Assembly (NCBI GenBank): GCA_943789275.1
Contig: CALSTM010000002.1
Span: 420,001 to 452,000, forward strand
From: Candidatus Poseidoniaceae archaeon
GTDB taxonomy: Archaea > Thermoplasmatota > Poseidoniia > Poseidoniales > Poseidoniaceae
Direction of reading: 5' to 3'
DNA: 32,000 bases
Shown: positions 9,081 to 17,329 of the stretch, piece after piece
How the letters are laid out: each line of letters begins with the position of its first letter
Position numbering within the stretch: position 1 is the first letter of the stretch
The notes under the pieces: model-generated
Seen by the model: only the letters and a program-made list of their open reading frames with translations
What the model was told of the DNA's origin: nothing
Database searches by the model: none
Position numbers and translations under genes: made by a program

Positions 9081-10295
9081 TTATCCTTGAACGATTTCGT
9101 TCGGCGCAGTGGCTTGCCAAGCCATGATTCCACCTTCAAGGTTATACAGACGAGTGGCATCGTACCCCGAATGAATCAGATACATAGCCGCCATTTGAGA
9201 ACGCATTCCACTTCGGCAGAGGACGACCACATCTCGGTCTTGGGGTATTGATTCCAAAACGTTCGTAACCGACTCATGATTAATTTGAAAGTCGGTTGAT
9301 TCGACATGGGCCTGATTGTATTCGCCTTCTGAGCGTACATCAAGAACAAATGGGCTCCAACCTTCCTTCCGACGGTCGAGAAGTTGTTGTACAGTGATTG
9401 AGTTAAACATCGTGTCATTGGCAGAGGCTTCTCCTTCATCAACCTCACCTCGAGTGCTGACCCTCATGCACCATTCTTCATTATCAAACATCGATTGACT
9501 CATCGAGAGGTCAACAACTGGAGTTCGATTGGGGTTGGATGTATACTGGAGCGTGTCAAAGCTCATTGCTTGGGCATCGTACAACAGCAATCGACCGTTC
9601 AGTACATCGCCAAGACCAAGAATGAGTTTGATGACTTCGTTGGCTTGCAATGAGCCGATAACGCCAGGGAGCACACCAAGAACTCCCCCCTCGGCACATG
9701 ACGGGATGGTTTGTGGAGGTGGTGCTTCTGAAAAAAGGTCGCGATAACATGGGCCACCGTTGACATTAAACACGCTCACTTGCCCTTCGAAACGATATAT
9801 AGAACCGTAGACCCAAGGTATATTTTTGAGAAAACAGACATCGTCTATGAGGTAGCGAGTTGGTAAATTATCCGTCCCATCAACGACTGCATTCCAAGTT
9901 TCTTGAAAAATACCCTCAACATGCTCTGGAGCAAATTGAAGATCAAAAGTGCTGATGTTCAAGTCCGGATTCAAGGCGAGTAAACGCTTTTTCGCAGAAT
10001 CTACTTTCGGTTGACCGACTTCGGAAGTTGAATGAATGACCTGCCTTTGGAGGTTTGATACATCAACTCGGTCGTGATCCACTATCCCAATATGCCCAAT
10101 TCCTGCTGCCGCCAAATAGAGCAATACAGGGCTTCCTAAACCTCCAGCACCGATGACAAGAACGCTTGCATCAGCGAGTTTTTGCTGCCCTTCAATACCA
10201 ACCTGTGGCAGAGAAATATGACGAGCATAGCGCTGAGTATCGACGTTCACAATGAATCCCGAGCCGTTCCAAGCGTGGTCGAAACATAAACTCAT
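9081..10295 (-). CDS. MoeB/ThiF/UbaA-type E1-like adenylyltransferase fused to a C-terminal rhodanese domain
   Basis: RYARHISLPQVG...VLVIGAGGLGSPVLLYLAAAGIGHIGIVDHDRVDVSNLQRQ (ATP-binding E1 core), the active Cys in PSCAEGGVLG, and a rhodanese loop VVLCRSGMRS. The ATG is at 10295; the track TTG is at 10307. Confidence 0.85.
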   Translation of the reverse strand: MSLCFDHAWNGSGFIVNVDTQRYARHISLPQVGIEGQQKLADASVLVIGAGGLGSPVLLYLAAAGIGHIGIVDHDRVDVSNLQRQVIHSTSEVGQPKVDSAKKRLLALNPDLNISTFDLQFAPEHVEGIFQETWNAVVDGTDNLPTRYLIDDVCFLKNIPWVYGSIYRFEGQVSVFNVNGGPCYRDLFSEAPPPQTIPSCAEGGVLGVLPGVIGSLQANEVIKLILGLGDVLNGRLLLYDAQAMSFDTLQYTSNPNRTPVVDLSMSQSMFDNEEWCMRVSTRGEVDEGEASANDTMFNSITVQQLLDRRKEGWSPFVLDVRSEGEYNQAHVESTDFQINHESVTNVLESIPQDRDVVVLCRSGMRSQMAAMYLIHSGYDATRLYNLEGGIMAWQATAPNEIVQG

Positions 10296-10303
10296 TGAAC
10301 AGT

Positions 10304-11230
10304 TCAATGTTGGTCTTCAAGCCACTTTTCGACATCCATAGCAGCTTGACAACCCATACCGGCTGCAGTTATAGCCTGCTTGTAACGGGTGTCGACAACA
10401 TCTCCAGCAGCAAAAACGCCCTCGACAGAGGTCATGGTGTGCTTCTTGTGCAAGATGTAGCCTTCATCATCGACTTCAACTTGTCCACCCAGGAAACCTG
10501 TAATCGGTTTATGTCCAATGGCAATGAACGCTCCTGTCACGTTTATCGATTCAATTGAACCGTCACGTGGGTCTTCAAGAACTGCACCCGTTAGGCCTTT
10601 CTCGTCCGACAGCCATTCCTTGACTTGACGGAAGGTTTTGATTTCGATTTTTTCATGGTTGAGAGCACGCTCGTACATGATTGTGGATGCTTTGAAAACA
10701 TCTCTTCGATGAACAAGCGTAACTTTGGAAGCGAACCGTGTAAGGAAGGTTGCCTCCTCACAAGCGGAGTCTCCACCCCCAATCACCATGACTTCTTCAT
10801 CTCTAAAGAATGCGCCATCGCATGTTGCACATGTGGAAATTCCACGGCCTTTTTGAGCCTCTTCACCTGGAGCGTTGAGCCATATTGATTCTGCCCCGGT
10901 CGATACGATGATGGCATTGGCGAGGAATGTTTCCCCTTCGACAACGACCTTGAACGGTTGCTCGGAGACATCCACTGATTCGACATTCTGGTCACGAACC
11001 TCGAGTCCGAAGCGTTCAGCCTGTTCACGCAGTTCCATCATCATCTCTGGACCACCGATGCCCTTAGGATAGCCTGGGAAGTTCTCAATGTCCGAAGTAA
11101 GCATCAACTGACCTCCAGACATGTAGCCACCAAACATGAGCGGTTCAAGCATGGCACGAGCGGCATAGAGGCCTGCAGTATATCCTGCTGGGCCGGAGCC
11201 AATGATGATGACGTTGTGTACTTTCGACAT
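10304..11230 (-). CDS. trxB: thioredoxin-disulfide reductase
   Basis: GSGPAGYTAGLYAAR FAD motif, redox CATCDGAFF, and NADPH motif GGGDSACEEA. Confidence 0.92.
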   Translation of the reverse strand: MSKVHNVIIIGSGPAGYTAGLYAARAMLEPLMFGGYMSGGQLMLTSDIENFPGYPKGIGGPEMMMELREQAERFGLEVRDQNVESVDVSEQPFKVVVEGETFLANAIIVSTGAESIWLNAPGEEAQKGRGISTCATCDGAFFRDEEVMVIGGGDSACEEATFLTRFASKVTLVHRRDVFKASTIMYERALNHEKIEIKTFRQVKEWLSDEKGLTGAVLEDPRDGSIESINVTGAFIAIGHKPITGFLGGQVEVDDEGYILHKKHTMTSVEGVFAAGDVVDTRYKQAITAAGMGCQAAMDVEKWLEDQH

Positions 11231-11298
11231 GAAGGAAATCCCCTATATTCCCATACGGTGGGCTTCACCCTTTGAACATTGACATGGTGGCGCTTGAC

Positions 11299-11556
11299 TT
11301 AGAGATTCTCATTGGAATGGGGTGGAGAGGCTTTCATAGACTTGAGCCGTTTGAAAAGCCAACGAGAGAAAACCATAGAAAACAAGAGAAAACCAATAGA
11401 GACAGGTAAAGGTGCATCGGCAGAAGTAGAGAGAAAATACGTAACAACGAGTATTCCGGCACCGTAAAACGCACGGAAGACTGAGAACAGTATGAGTCCT
11501 CTCATCATTTGATTGTTCTTCAGTCGTTCAAACATCGAGGTTTTCAAGTTGAACAC
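11299..11556 (-). CDS. small hypothetical membrane protein (2 predicted TM helices)
   Basis: 85-aa ORF beginning 3 nt after the ribH stop on the same strand, with hydrophobic segments. No family recognised. Confidence 0.45.
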   Translation of the reverse strand: MFNLKTSMFERLKNNQMMRGLILFSVFRAFYGAGILVVTYFLSTSADAPLPVSIGFLLFSMVFSRWLFKRLKSMKASPPHSNENL

Positions 11557-11559
11557 CCT

Positions 11560-11958
11560 TCAATCCAGCATGGAAGAAATTGCCGCCACCGCAGCCCGTG
11601 CATGAGGTTCAAGACGGGGCTCGATGTGTTCTGGTTCCGCCCCAGGTCCAATAATACCAAGACCAACTGGTTTTTCGTGAACCAACTGAAGTTCGATGAT
11701 GGTCTTGATAACCGCCTGACCCATCGCTAAGCCGTGTTGAGTTTGCCCTTTTTCGATGATACCCAAACAGGCAACGCCGTCAATTTCGTCATCGGCCAAC
11801 AATCGATCGATGGCAAGTGGAACTTCCATAGCTCCAGGAACCCAAACGACGTCGATGATGTCAAGTCCGAGTGTTTTGGACTGGTCGCGAGCCCATTCAA
11901 GCATACGTTCGATTTCCGATTTGTGAAATGAACCACAGACAACAGCAATATTTGGCAT
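11560..11958 (-). CDS. ribH: 6,7-dimethyl-8-ribityllumazine synthase
   Basis: MPNIAVVCGSFHKSEI...VWVPGAMEVPLA...DGVACLGIIEKGQTQH matches the lumazine synthase pattern. AAGGAG lies 8 nt upstream of the ATG at 11958. The longer track ORF would overlap ribE. Confidence 0.85.
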   Translation of the reverse strand: MPNIAVVCGSFHKSEIERMLEWARDQSKTLGLDIIDVVWVPGAMEVPLAIDRLLADDEIDGVACLGIIEKGQTQHGLAMGQAVIKTIIELQLVHEKPVGLGIIGPGAEPEHIEPRLEPHARAAVAAISSMLD

Positions 11959-11962
11959 AGAA

Positions 11963-12568
11963 TTAACTCCTTTTTTGTTCAAGCACTCGTTCAACGGTCG
12001 AAACAATAGCCTGAGTGGTTGAATCAATCTCAAGATTGACCGCATCTCCAACCGTCTTCTCTCCAAGGGTGGTGAGTCGAAGCGTTTCAGGGATGATGTG
12101 AAGGGAAAAGGCTCCGTTGTTGACCGCACCAATAGTGAGAGAGATTCCGTCAACAGCAATGTATCCTTTCTCCATAACGTACTTTCGTAGGTCACTCGGC
12201 ATCAAAATTTGGAAATCCATTCCCTCACCGTTTTGTTGCTTCGAATGAAGGAGGCCTGTTGCCATGATGTGGCCGGAAAGCAGATGCCCTCCAATCTCGT
12301 CTCCAAATTTGAGTGAACGCTCTATGTTGACCGAAGAGCCAGCCTTGAAGTTGCCAAGCGTGGTGCGTTCCAGCGTCTCAGGAATAACATCAAAATCGAC
12401 ATTCAATCCCTCAATCCGAACAGCGGTGAGACAAGCTCCGTCAACAGCAACGCTGGCACCAATGGCAAGATGCTCTGTGTTGGGAATTTGGATGGTGAGG
12501 GTATGCACGCTTTGCTTTTCCACAACAGAAAGAATCGTCCCTGTTCCTTGTACAATGCCTGTAAACAT
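11963..12568 (-). CDS. ribE: riboflavin synthase, eubacterial/eukaryotic type (two lumazine-binding repeats)
   Basis: MFTGIVQGTG...SVAVDGACLTAV and the second repeat GDEIGGHLLSGHI...YIAVDGISLTI. Its ATG overlaps the ribL stop (TGATG). Confidence 0.88.
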   Translation of the reverse strand: MFTGIVQGTGTILSVVEKQSVHTLTIQIPNTEHLAIGASVAVDGACLTAVRIEGLNVDFDVIPETLERTTLGNFKAGSSVNIERSLKFGDEIGGHLLSGHIMATGLLHSKQQNGEGMDFQILMPSDLRKYVMEKGYIAVDGISLTIGAVNNGAFSLHIIPETLRLTTLGEKTVGDAVNLEIDSTTQAIVSTVERVLEQKRS

Positions 12569-13014
12569 CAAACATCACGCTCCGATTGAGTTGAGCGTTG
12601 AAGAATCCGAGCGATAATCTTACGAGTTCCATCCAAATCATCACTCAAACCTTCAACTCGGGTAACCTCAATGTTATGGTATCCAAGCTCGTCCAATTGA
12701 GACCTAATTCGGTCTTCAGCATGCTCTTGGTCGTACCCTAAAGCGATAACATCCGGTTTCACGATTGGTAAAATATCGAAGATTGGAACTTCAGGAGGAT
12801 TTCCGATAAGAGCCTCATCCACTGGTTTCAAGCCGTTAACCATTCTTCGGCGGAGTTCTTGTCCAGTCACGGGCTCGTGTTTCCTCATACGAACTGTGTC
12901 GTCATGAGCAACGACGACAGTGAGGTGGTCTCCAAGCGATTTCGCTTGCTCCATGTAGTGCAGATGTCCTGCGTGAAGCAGGTCAAAAACTCCGACTGCC
13001 ATGACGCGTTTCAT
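12568..13014 (-). CDS. ribL: archaeal-type FMN adenylyltransferase (FAD synthase RibL, cytidylyltransferase-like fold)
   Basis: MKRVMAVGVFDLLHAGHLHYMEQAKSLGDHLTVVVAHDDTV carries the HxGH nucleotidyltransferase motif and aligns with the MJ RibL N-terminus. AGGTGA lies 4 nt upstream of the ATG at 13014. Confidence 0.8.
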   Translation of the reverse strand: MKRVMAVGVFDLLHAGHLHYMEQAKSLGDHLTVVVAHDDTVRMRKHEPVTGQELRRRMVNGLKPVDEALIGNPPEVPIFDILPIVKPDVIALGYDQEHAEDRIRSQLDELGYHNIEVTRVEGLSDDLDGTRKIIARILQRSTQSERDV

Positions 13015-13075
13015 ATGCTCACCTGTTGCTGTGAAAGTATTGTCACACATTGTTTTACCGGAAAGAATTCCGATG

Positions 13076-13786
13076 TTATTCTGCATTCAGTGCATCTATG
13101 AGTTGTGCACCTTCGAGGAAAGGAATGTTTCTCTCGTGAGCCCATGCTCGAGCGTCTTCGACCGTCAATGCATTGTCTCCGTCTTCTTCAAGCATCTCTG
13201 CTCCAATCACAACTGGTGTCATACCAGACAGACGTGCAAGACCAACGGCAAGTTCTGTATGACCTTGGCGGCGAGAAAGCCCACCTTCGGTTTCTCGGCA
13301 CACTGGAATGTGACCTGGTGTTCGGAATTCTTTGCCGAGAGCAACTTGCGCCTCGATACCGTCCGTACCCGATTGCATGAGTTCCTGTGTGAGTTCAGCA
13401 AAGCGCCGAGTGGTGAGGGAGCGGTCGAGATCAGTGATTCCGGTGTATGTGTTTCTGTGGTTCAACGAAAGGGTGAATGCGGAGCGAGCATCGTAACGAA
13501 GGTCGTTGGTAACGAGTTGACTCAAAACGGGGAATTCTTCAGTGAGGCTGTTTTGGGTATGGAGGTCTTGTAAAAAGGGCAGCGAAAACAGTTCTCCAAC
13601 TTCATGCCCTATGGCAAGGAACAGAAGGCCCCCACAATCTTGCCTCAATTGACGCATGGTCGCAGGTTGAGCACTCTGACCGGGGAATAACAAATCGGTT
13701 TCTCCTTCACGCTTCTCAGAATCAAAAAGGCATACTGGCATTCCTTTACGGAAAGCGTCGACTGCTGCTTTGACGTGTTCGTCCAT
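13076..13786 (-). CDS. ribB: 3,4-dihydroxy-2-butanone-4-phosphate synthase, archaeal type
   Basis: FDSEKREGETDLLF, LNHRNTYTGITDLDR and GKEFRTPGHIP...RQGHTELAV are collinear with M. jannaschii DHBPS. GAGGG lies upstream of the ATG at 13786. Confidence 0.85.
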   Translation of the reverse strand: MDEHVKAAVDAFRKGMPVCLFDSEKREGETDLLFPGQSAQPATMRQLRQDCGGLLFLAIGHEVGELFSLPFLQDLHTQNSLTEEFPVLSQLVTNDLRYDARSAFTLSLNHRNTYTGITDLDRSLTTRRFAELTQELMQSGTDGIEAQVALGKEFRTPGHIPVCRETEGGLSRRQGHTELAVGLARLSGMTPVVIGAEMLEEDGDNALTVEDARAWAHERNIPFLEGAQLIDALNAE

Positions 13787-13932
13787 ATACAGCCCTCGGC
13801 AGGAGGAGTTCATGAATGGTCGTATGTATCTCCTTAACGAAGTCGGCATAAAAAAGGCATTTTTTGCGGACAGCCAACGGAAAGGGATTATCATAGGAAG
13901 ACACTTGGGTTGTACCTGCGGGGACGTGAATT

Positions 13933-15063
13933 ATGCCAATTAAACTCGGACCTGCAGGTGTTCCACTCTCGTGTAAAGGCCGCACAATTGTTGAAGGAAT
14001 GGACGATATCATATCATTGGGACTTGAAACGATGGAAGTTCAAACCGTCCGGATGGTCGCTCCACAACATTTCGAACAGTACTGGCAAGCAGGCGTTTTA
14101 GCGAACAAAACGGATTTTGAAATGAACATCCATGGCCCCTACTATTCCGAGTTGCTCGGCAACCGTGTCGAACGAGGGCGTTCAATGACCAAAATTGAGA
14201 CAACTTTGCAGGCTGCGCGAACCATTAACGCACGTCACATTACCCTTCACGCCGGCCATTACGGCGGTATGCACCCTGGTAGCGCAGCGAATGAACAGGT
14301 CGCCAATGTGTTTGCGGGAATCGTAGACAGAGTCCACGAAATCTGGCACGACGATGAAGATGAATTTCCCGTATTCCCTTGGATTAAAGACGGCACGCCA
14401 TCGAAGATTGGTGTCGAAACTTCAGGCCGTCAGGAACTTTGGGGTAGCCTTGAGGAAGTGCTTGAAGTTGTCAACCACGTTGAAGGAACGATTCCAGTAC
14501 TGAACATTGCACACATCCACGCTCGGGGCCATGGAAAGATGAGAACTTCCGAAGATTATGGCGAATTGTTTGATGAAGTTCGTGAAACAATTGGTACAAA
14601 AGAGTTCTACTGCCACTTCTCTGGCGTAGAACACCGCTCTGGAAATGCAATGCATTACACACAAATCAAGAAATCAGACCTTAACTTCGAACCCCTTGCA
14701 GAATTCATCGTCGAAGACGGGGGATGGCTTGACATTACGCTCATTTCGGATTCACCGCTCTTGGAACACGATGCAATGTACATGTTGCAGAACATCGAAA
14801 AATCACGCCACCGCCAACTTGAGCGTAAAGCACGGGAAGATCGCCGACGAGCACTGGCCGCCCAAACTGGCTCAACGCCTGTTGCATTGGCTGCTCGCGA
14901 ACAAGAGGAAGCAGAACCGGTTGAGACCCAGAGCGTTGAGGAACAACCTAAACAGCCAGAAAAGAAAAAGCCGGCGAAGAAGGCTGCTTCAAAGAAAACT
15001 GCGAAGAAAGAGGAAGAGAGTGTTTTCGACCTTGATGAAGAGGACGATGACGACCTTTTCTGA
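13933..15063 (+). CDS. endonuclease IV-like / xylose-isomerase-like TIM-barrel protein with a Lys-rich then acidic C-terminal tail
   Basis: Its metal-ligand-like pattern HAGHY, GVETSG, IAHIHARGH and LISDSPLLEHDA has the spacing of the AP-endonuclease 2 family. The 88-aa tail contains KKKPAKKAASKKTAKK and ends in DEEDDDDLF. Confidence 0.7.
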   Translation: MPIKLGPAGVPLSCKGRTIVEGMDDIISLGLETMEVQTVRMVAPQHFEQYWQAGVLANKTDFEMNIHGPYYSELLGNRVERGRSMTKIETTLQAARTINARHITLHAGHYGGMHPGSAANEQVANVFAGIVDRVHEIWHDDEDEFPVFPWIKDGTPSKIGVETSGRQELWGSLEEVLEVVNHVEGTIPVLNIAHIHARGHGKMRTSEDYGELFDEVRETIGTKEFYCHFSGVEHRSGNAMHYTQIKKSDLNFEPLAEFIVEDGGWLDITLISDSPLLEHDAMYMLQNIEKSRHRQLERKAREDRRRALAAQTGSTPVALAAREQEEAEPVETQSVEEQPKQPEKKKPAKKAASKKTAKKEEESVFDLDEEDDDDLF

Positions 15064-15066
15064 TAC

Positions 15067-15088
15067 GATGCTGAACGGTTTTAGCATC
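15067..15088 (+). terminator. weak hairpin just after the stop codon
   Basis: GATGCT-gaacggtttt-AGCATC: a 6-bp stem with a T-rich loop, 4 nt after the TGA at 15061. Confidence 0.2.
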
Positions 15089-15162
15089 CAAAACAGCGTC
15101 ATGCGACCGTTGGATAGTGGCAACTAACATAAGTGAAGTGACCGGCGTATAGACTGGTCTCT

Positions 15163-16161
15163 ATGGCACATATTGCGATTTTAGGATTAGGAAATTGGGG
15201 AACAGCCATTGCTCGAATGTGGTTGGCAGATAACCACAACGTCAAGGGTTGGACAATTGAACAAGAAGTATATGAATCCATTACGATGGATTCAGTCAAC
15301 GCTAAGTATCTCCCTGAACATTCACTGGAAGGTTTGGAGGCGACCATGCACATCGAAGAAGCACTCGAAGGCGTTGAAATTGTCGTACTGGCTGTCCCAT
15401 CTTCTGTTATATTGAAAGTGGTGGACCAAATTATACCTCACCTTCGACCGGGCCATGTCTTGCTTGATTTGGCCAAAGGGTTGGCACCTGGAAATACCCT
15501 CATTTCCGAAGCGATTCAAGACAAATTGAACAACGCCGGAAAAAACAACACGTTAGCGGTGGTTACTGGCCCGACCATAGCTCCTGAGGCAGCAAGCGGC
15601 GTCATGACCACTGCCCTTGTGGCCAGTGAAGATGTATCAGTCGCTCAACACCTTGCCACAACGCTCACGACTCAAACGTTCATCCTGCATCCTGCTGCTG
15701 ATCCTGCTGGTGCTGAATTGTGGGGTGCGTTCAAAAATGTTGTAGCGCTTGCCTGTGGGCTTGTAGACGGTCTGAAAAAAGTAGGCTCACTTGGCGGTGA
15801 CAACCTCAAAGCTGCTATTTTCATGGCTGGTTTCAAAGAAGGATGCATTCTTCTCCCACAACTTGGAGCACGAGCTGAGGTTGCGTTTGGACCTGCTGGG
15901 CTTGGCGACTTGTACGTCACTGCAACCTCGCCTCACGGGCGAAACCGAACAATGGGGGAGAAACTCGGAACGGGTCTTACCGTCGAACAAGCACTCGAAG
16001 AAATGCACATGGTTGCCGAGGGGGTTCGGGCAACCCGTATGTTTGCAGAACGGGCGGAAGATGATGGCATTGACACGCCTTTCACCAAAGCTCTCAACAC
16101 GCTGTTAGACGGCTATATTGACGCTGAAGAATGCTGTCGTAGAATGGTCGCACTTGGTTGA
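15163..16161 (+). CDS. gpsA: NAD(P)H-dependent sn-glycerol-3-phosphate dehydrogenase (bacterial type)
   Basis: ILGLGNWGTAIA Rossmann motif, VNAKYLPEHSL motif, and collinearity with GpsA to the C-terminus. Confidence 0.88.
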   Translation: MAHIAILGLGNWGTAIARMWLADNHNVKGWTIEQEVYESITMDSVNAKYLPEHSLEGLEATMHIEEALEGVEIVVLAVPSSVILKVVDQIIPHLRPGHVLLDLAKGLAPGNTLISEAIQDKLNNAGKNNTLAVVTGPTIAPEAASGVMTTALVASEDVSVAQHLATTLTTQTFILHPAADPAGAELWGAFKNVVALACGLVDGLKKVGSLGGDNLKAAIFMAGFKEGCILLPQLGARAEVAFGPAGLGDLYVTATSPHGRNRTMGEKLGTGLTVEQALEEMHMVAEGVRATRMFAERAEDDGIDTPFTKALNTLLDGYIDAEECCRRMVALG

Positions 16162-16225
16162 ATGGTTTCTTTCAAACACCGATTTGAAGCGGTGCAGTTT
16201 TGAGGGTAGTCGCTCTGCGGTATTC

Positions 16226-16441
16226 ATGGCCGAGGAATTAACTGAACTTGAAGCCCGAATCTTTGAGTGGATTCGACAATCTGATTTTGAGTCAGTTGCT
16301 TGGTCAACCTCAAAGGCTGCTAAATCGTTCAAAGTCAAAGAAGACGAAGTCTATGAAGCAGTTGCTGCTTTGACTCGTAAAGTCCCTGACAGAATTCAAG
16401 TGTTCTACAAAGAAGGCTCGTTGCATATCGCCGCTGAATAA
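16226..16441 (+). CDS. small hypothetical protein, possible winged-helix fold
   Basis: 71 aa from the ATG at 16226. It shows a helix-helix-helix-wing pattern (ELEARIFEWIRQ / STSKAAKSF / EDEVYEAVAALTRK / IQVFYKEGSLHI). The longer track ORF overlaps the gpsA 3' end. Confidence 0.45.
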   Translation: MAEELTELEARIFEWIRQSDFESVAWSTSKAAKSFKVKEDEVYEAVAALTRKVPDRIQVFYKEGSLHIAAE

Positions 16442-17329
16442 TCAAGCAATGTCGCCTGATTTACTCCGTCGCTTACGGGCTTGTATCAACATGTTCAACC
16501 ATGTTGGCTTACGGACATCGCCTTCCTCATTGACAAACGAACGAACCGCTAAGGACAGTAAATCAATCAGTACAACGACGATGAAGATAAGAATCAGTAA
16601 AGCAAAGACCTTGTCGTATTGAAGGAACTTAAGATAGGTATTGATGTAGTAACCAATTCCGCCTGCACCAACAATTCCAATGACGGTACCGTGACGAACA
16701 TTGTACTCAAACATAAACATCAGTTGACTGAGTAAATGGTTACTGTTCTCTGGAATGACAATGTTCATGACTATGCTTGGGCGACTCAAGCCCATCGCCC
16801 GACCTGCTTCTAATGGATCGTTCGGCATACCTTCAAACACTTCATATTGCAATTTACCAAGATAACCTACAGTGTAGAAAGTCATAGCCAATACGCCTGA
16901 AAGAGGGCCAAAGCCAATGACAATCACGAACAAAATAGCCCAAATTAAACTTGGAAGGCTTCGGACTGCTGAAAGGAATATACGAACTGGAAGCGAAATA
17001 TACAGTGGCATCAAGTTCCTTGCAGCCAGTGAAGAAAGTGAAATTGCTCCAATAAAACCGAGAATGGTAGAAACAAAAGCAATTTTTAGCGTTTCCATCA
17101 TTCCGAGATAGCCGACTGAACAAAAGAATTCGAGATCTTGTTCACACACTGGGTAAGAGCGGGCTTCAAGAACACTCCAATTCGGCGGCCACATACTTTC
17201 TTCGAAGAACACTGCGAGATTTGACAGGCCACCCTCAAGTCGGCCCCAATCGCCTTCAACTAGACCGTCCAGCGTTTGCCACGCCAAGAAGAAAAGGATG
17301 AACAAGATACCAAACAAACGGTACTTCAT
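16442..17329 (-). CDS. phnE: ABC transporter permease, phosphonate-type (PhnE-like)
   Basis: EAGRAMGLSRPSIVMNIVIPE...FEYNVRHGTVIGIVGAGGIGYYI matches the PhnE signature (EAA loop plus GxVGAGGIG). The start overlaps the upstream ATPase stop (ATGA). Confidence 0.85.
   Translation of the reverse strand: MKYRLFGILFILFFLAWQTLDGLVEGDWGRLEGGLSNLAVFFEESMWPPNWSVLEARSYPVCEQDLEFFCSVGYLGMMETLKIAFVSTILGFIGAISLSSLAARNLMPLYISLPVRIFLSAVRSLPSLIWAILFVIVIGFGPLSGVLAMTFYTVGYLGKLQYEVFEGMPNDPLEAGRAMGLSRPSIVMNIVIPENSNHLLSQLMFMFEYNVRHGTVIGIVGAGGIGYYINTYLKFLQYDKVFALLILIFIVVVLIDLLSLAVRSFVNEEGDVRKPTWLNMLIQARKRRSKSGDIA

Noticed and set aside
11959-12195. N-terminal 79-aa extension of the ribH ORF given in the ORF track (211 aa).
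   Set aside because: The extension overlaps the 3' part of ribE in another frame and has no lumazine-synthase similarity. The Met at 11958 has AAGGAG 8 nt upstream and matches known RibH N-termini.
13015-13086. Longer RibL start at 13086 and longer RibB start at 13894.
   Set aside because: The extensions have no similarity to the enzyme families. The internal ATGs (13014 and 13786) are preceded by AGGTGA and GAGGG, and they match the N-termini of characterised homologues.
16118-16225. Longer form (107 aa) of the small ORF overlapping the gpsA 3' end.
   Set aside because: The overlap with gpsA would be 44 nt, and the extension sequence looks like out-of-frame noise. The ATG at 16226 gives a compact helical protein. 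Even so, the gene itself is only moderately supported.
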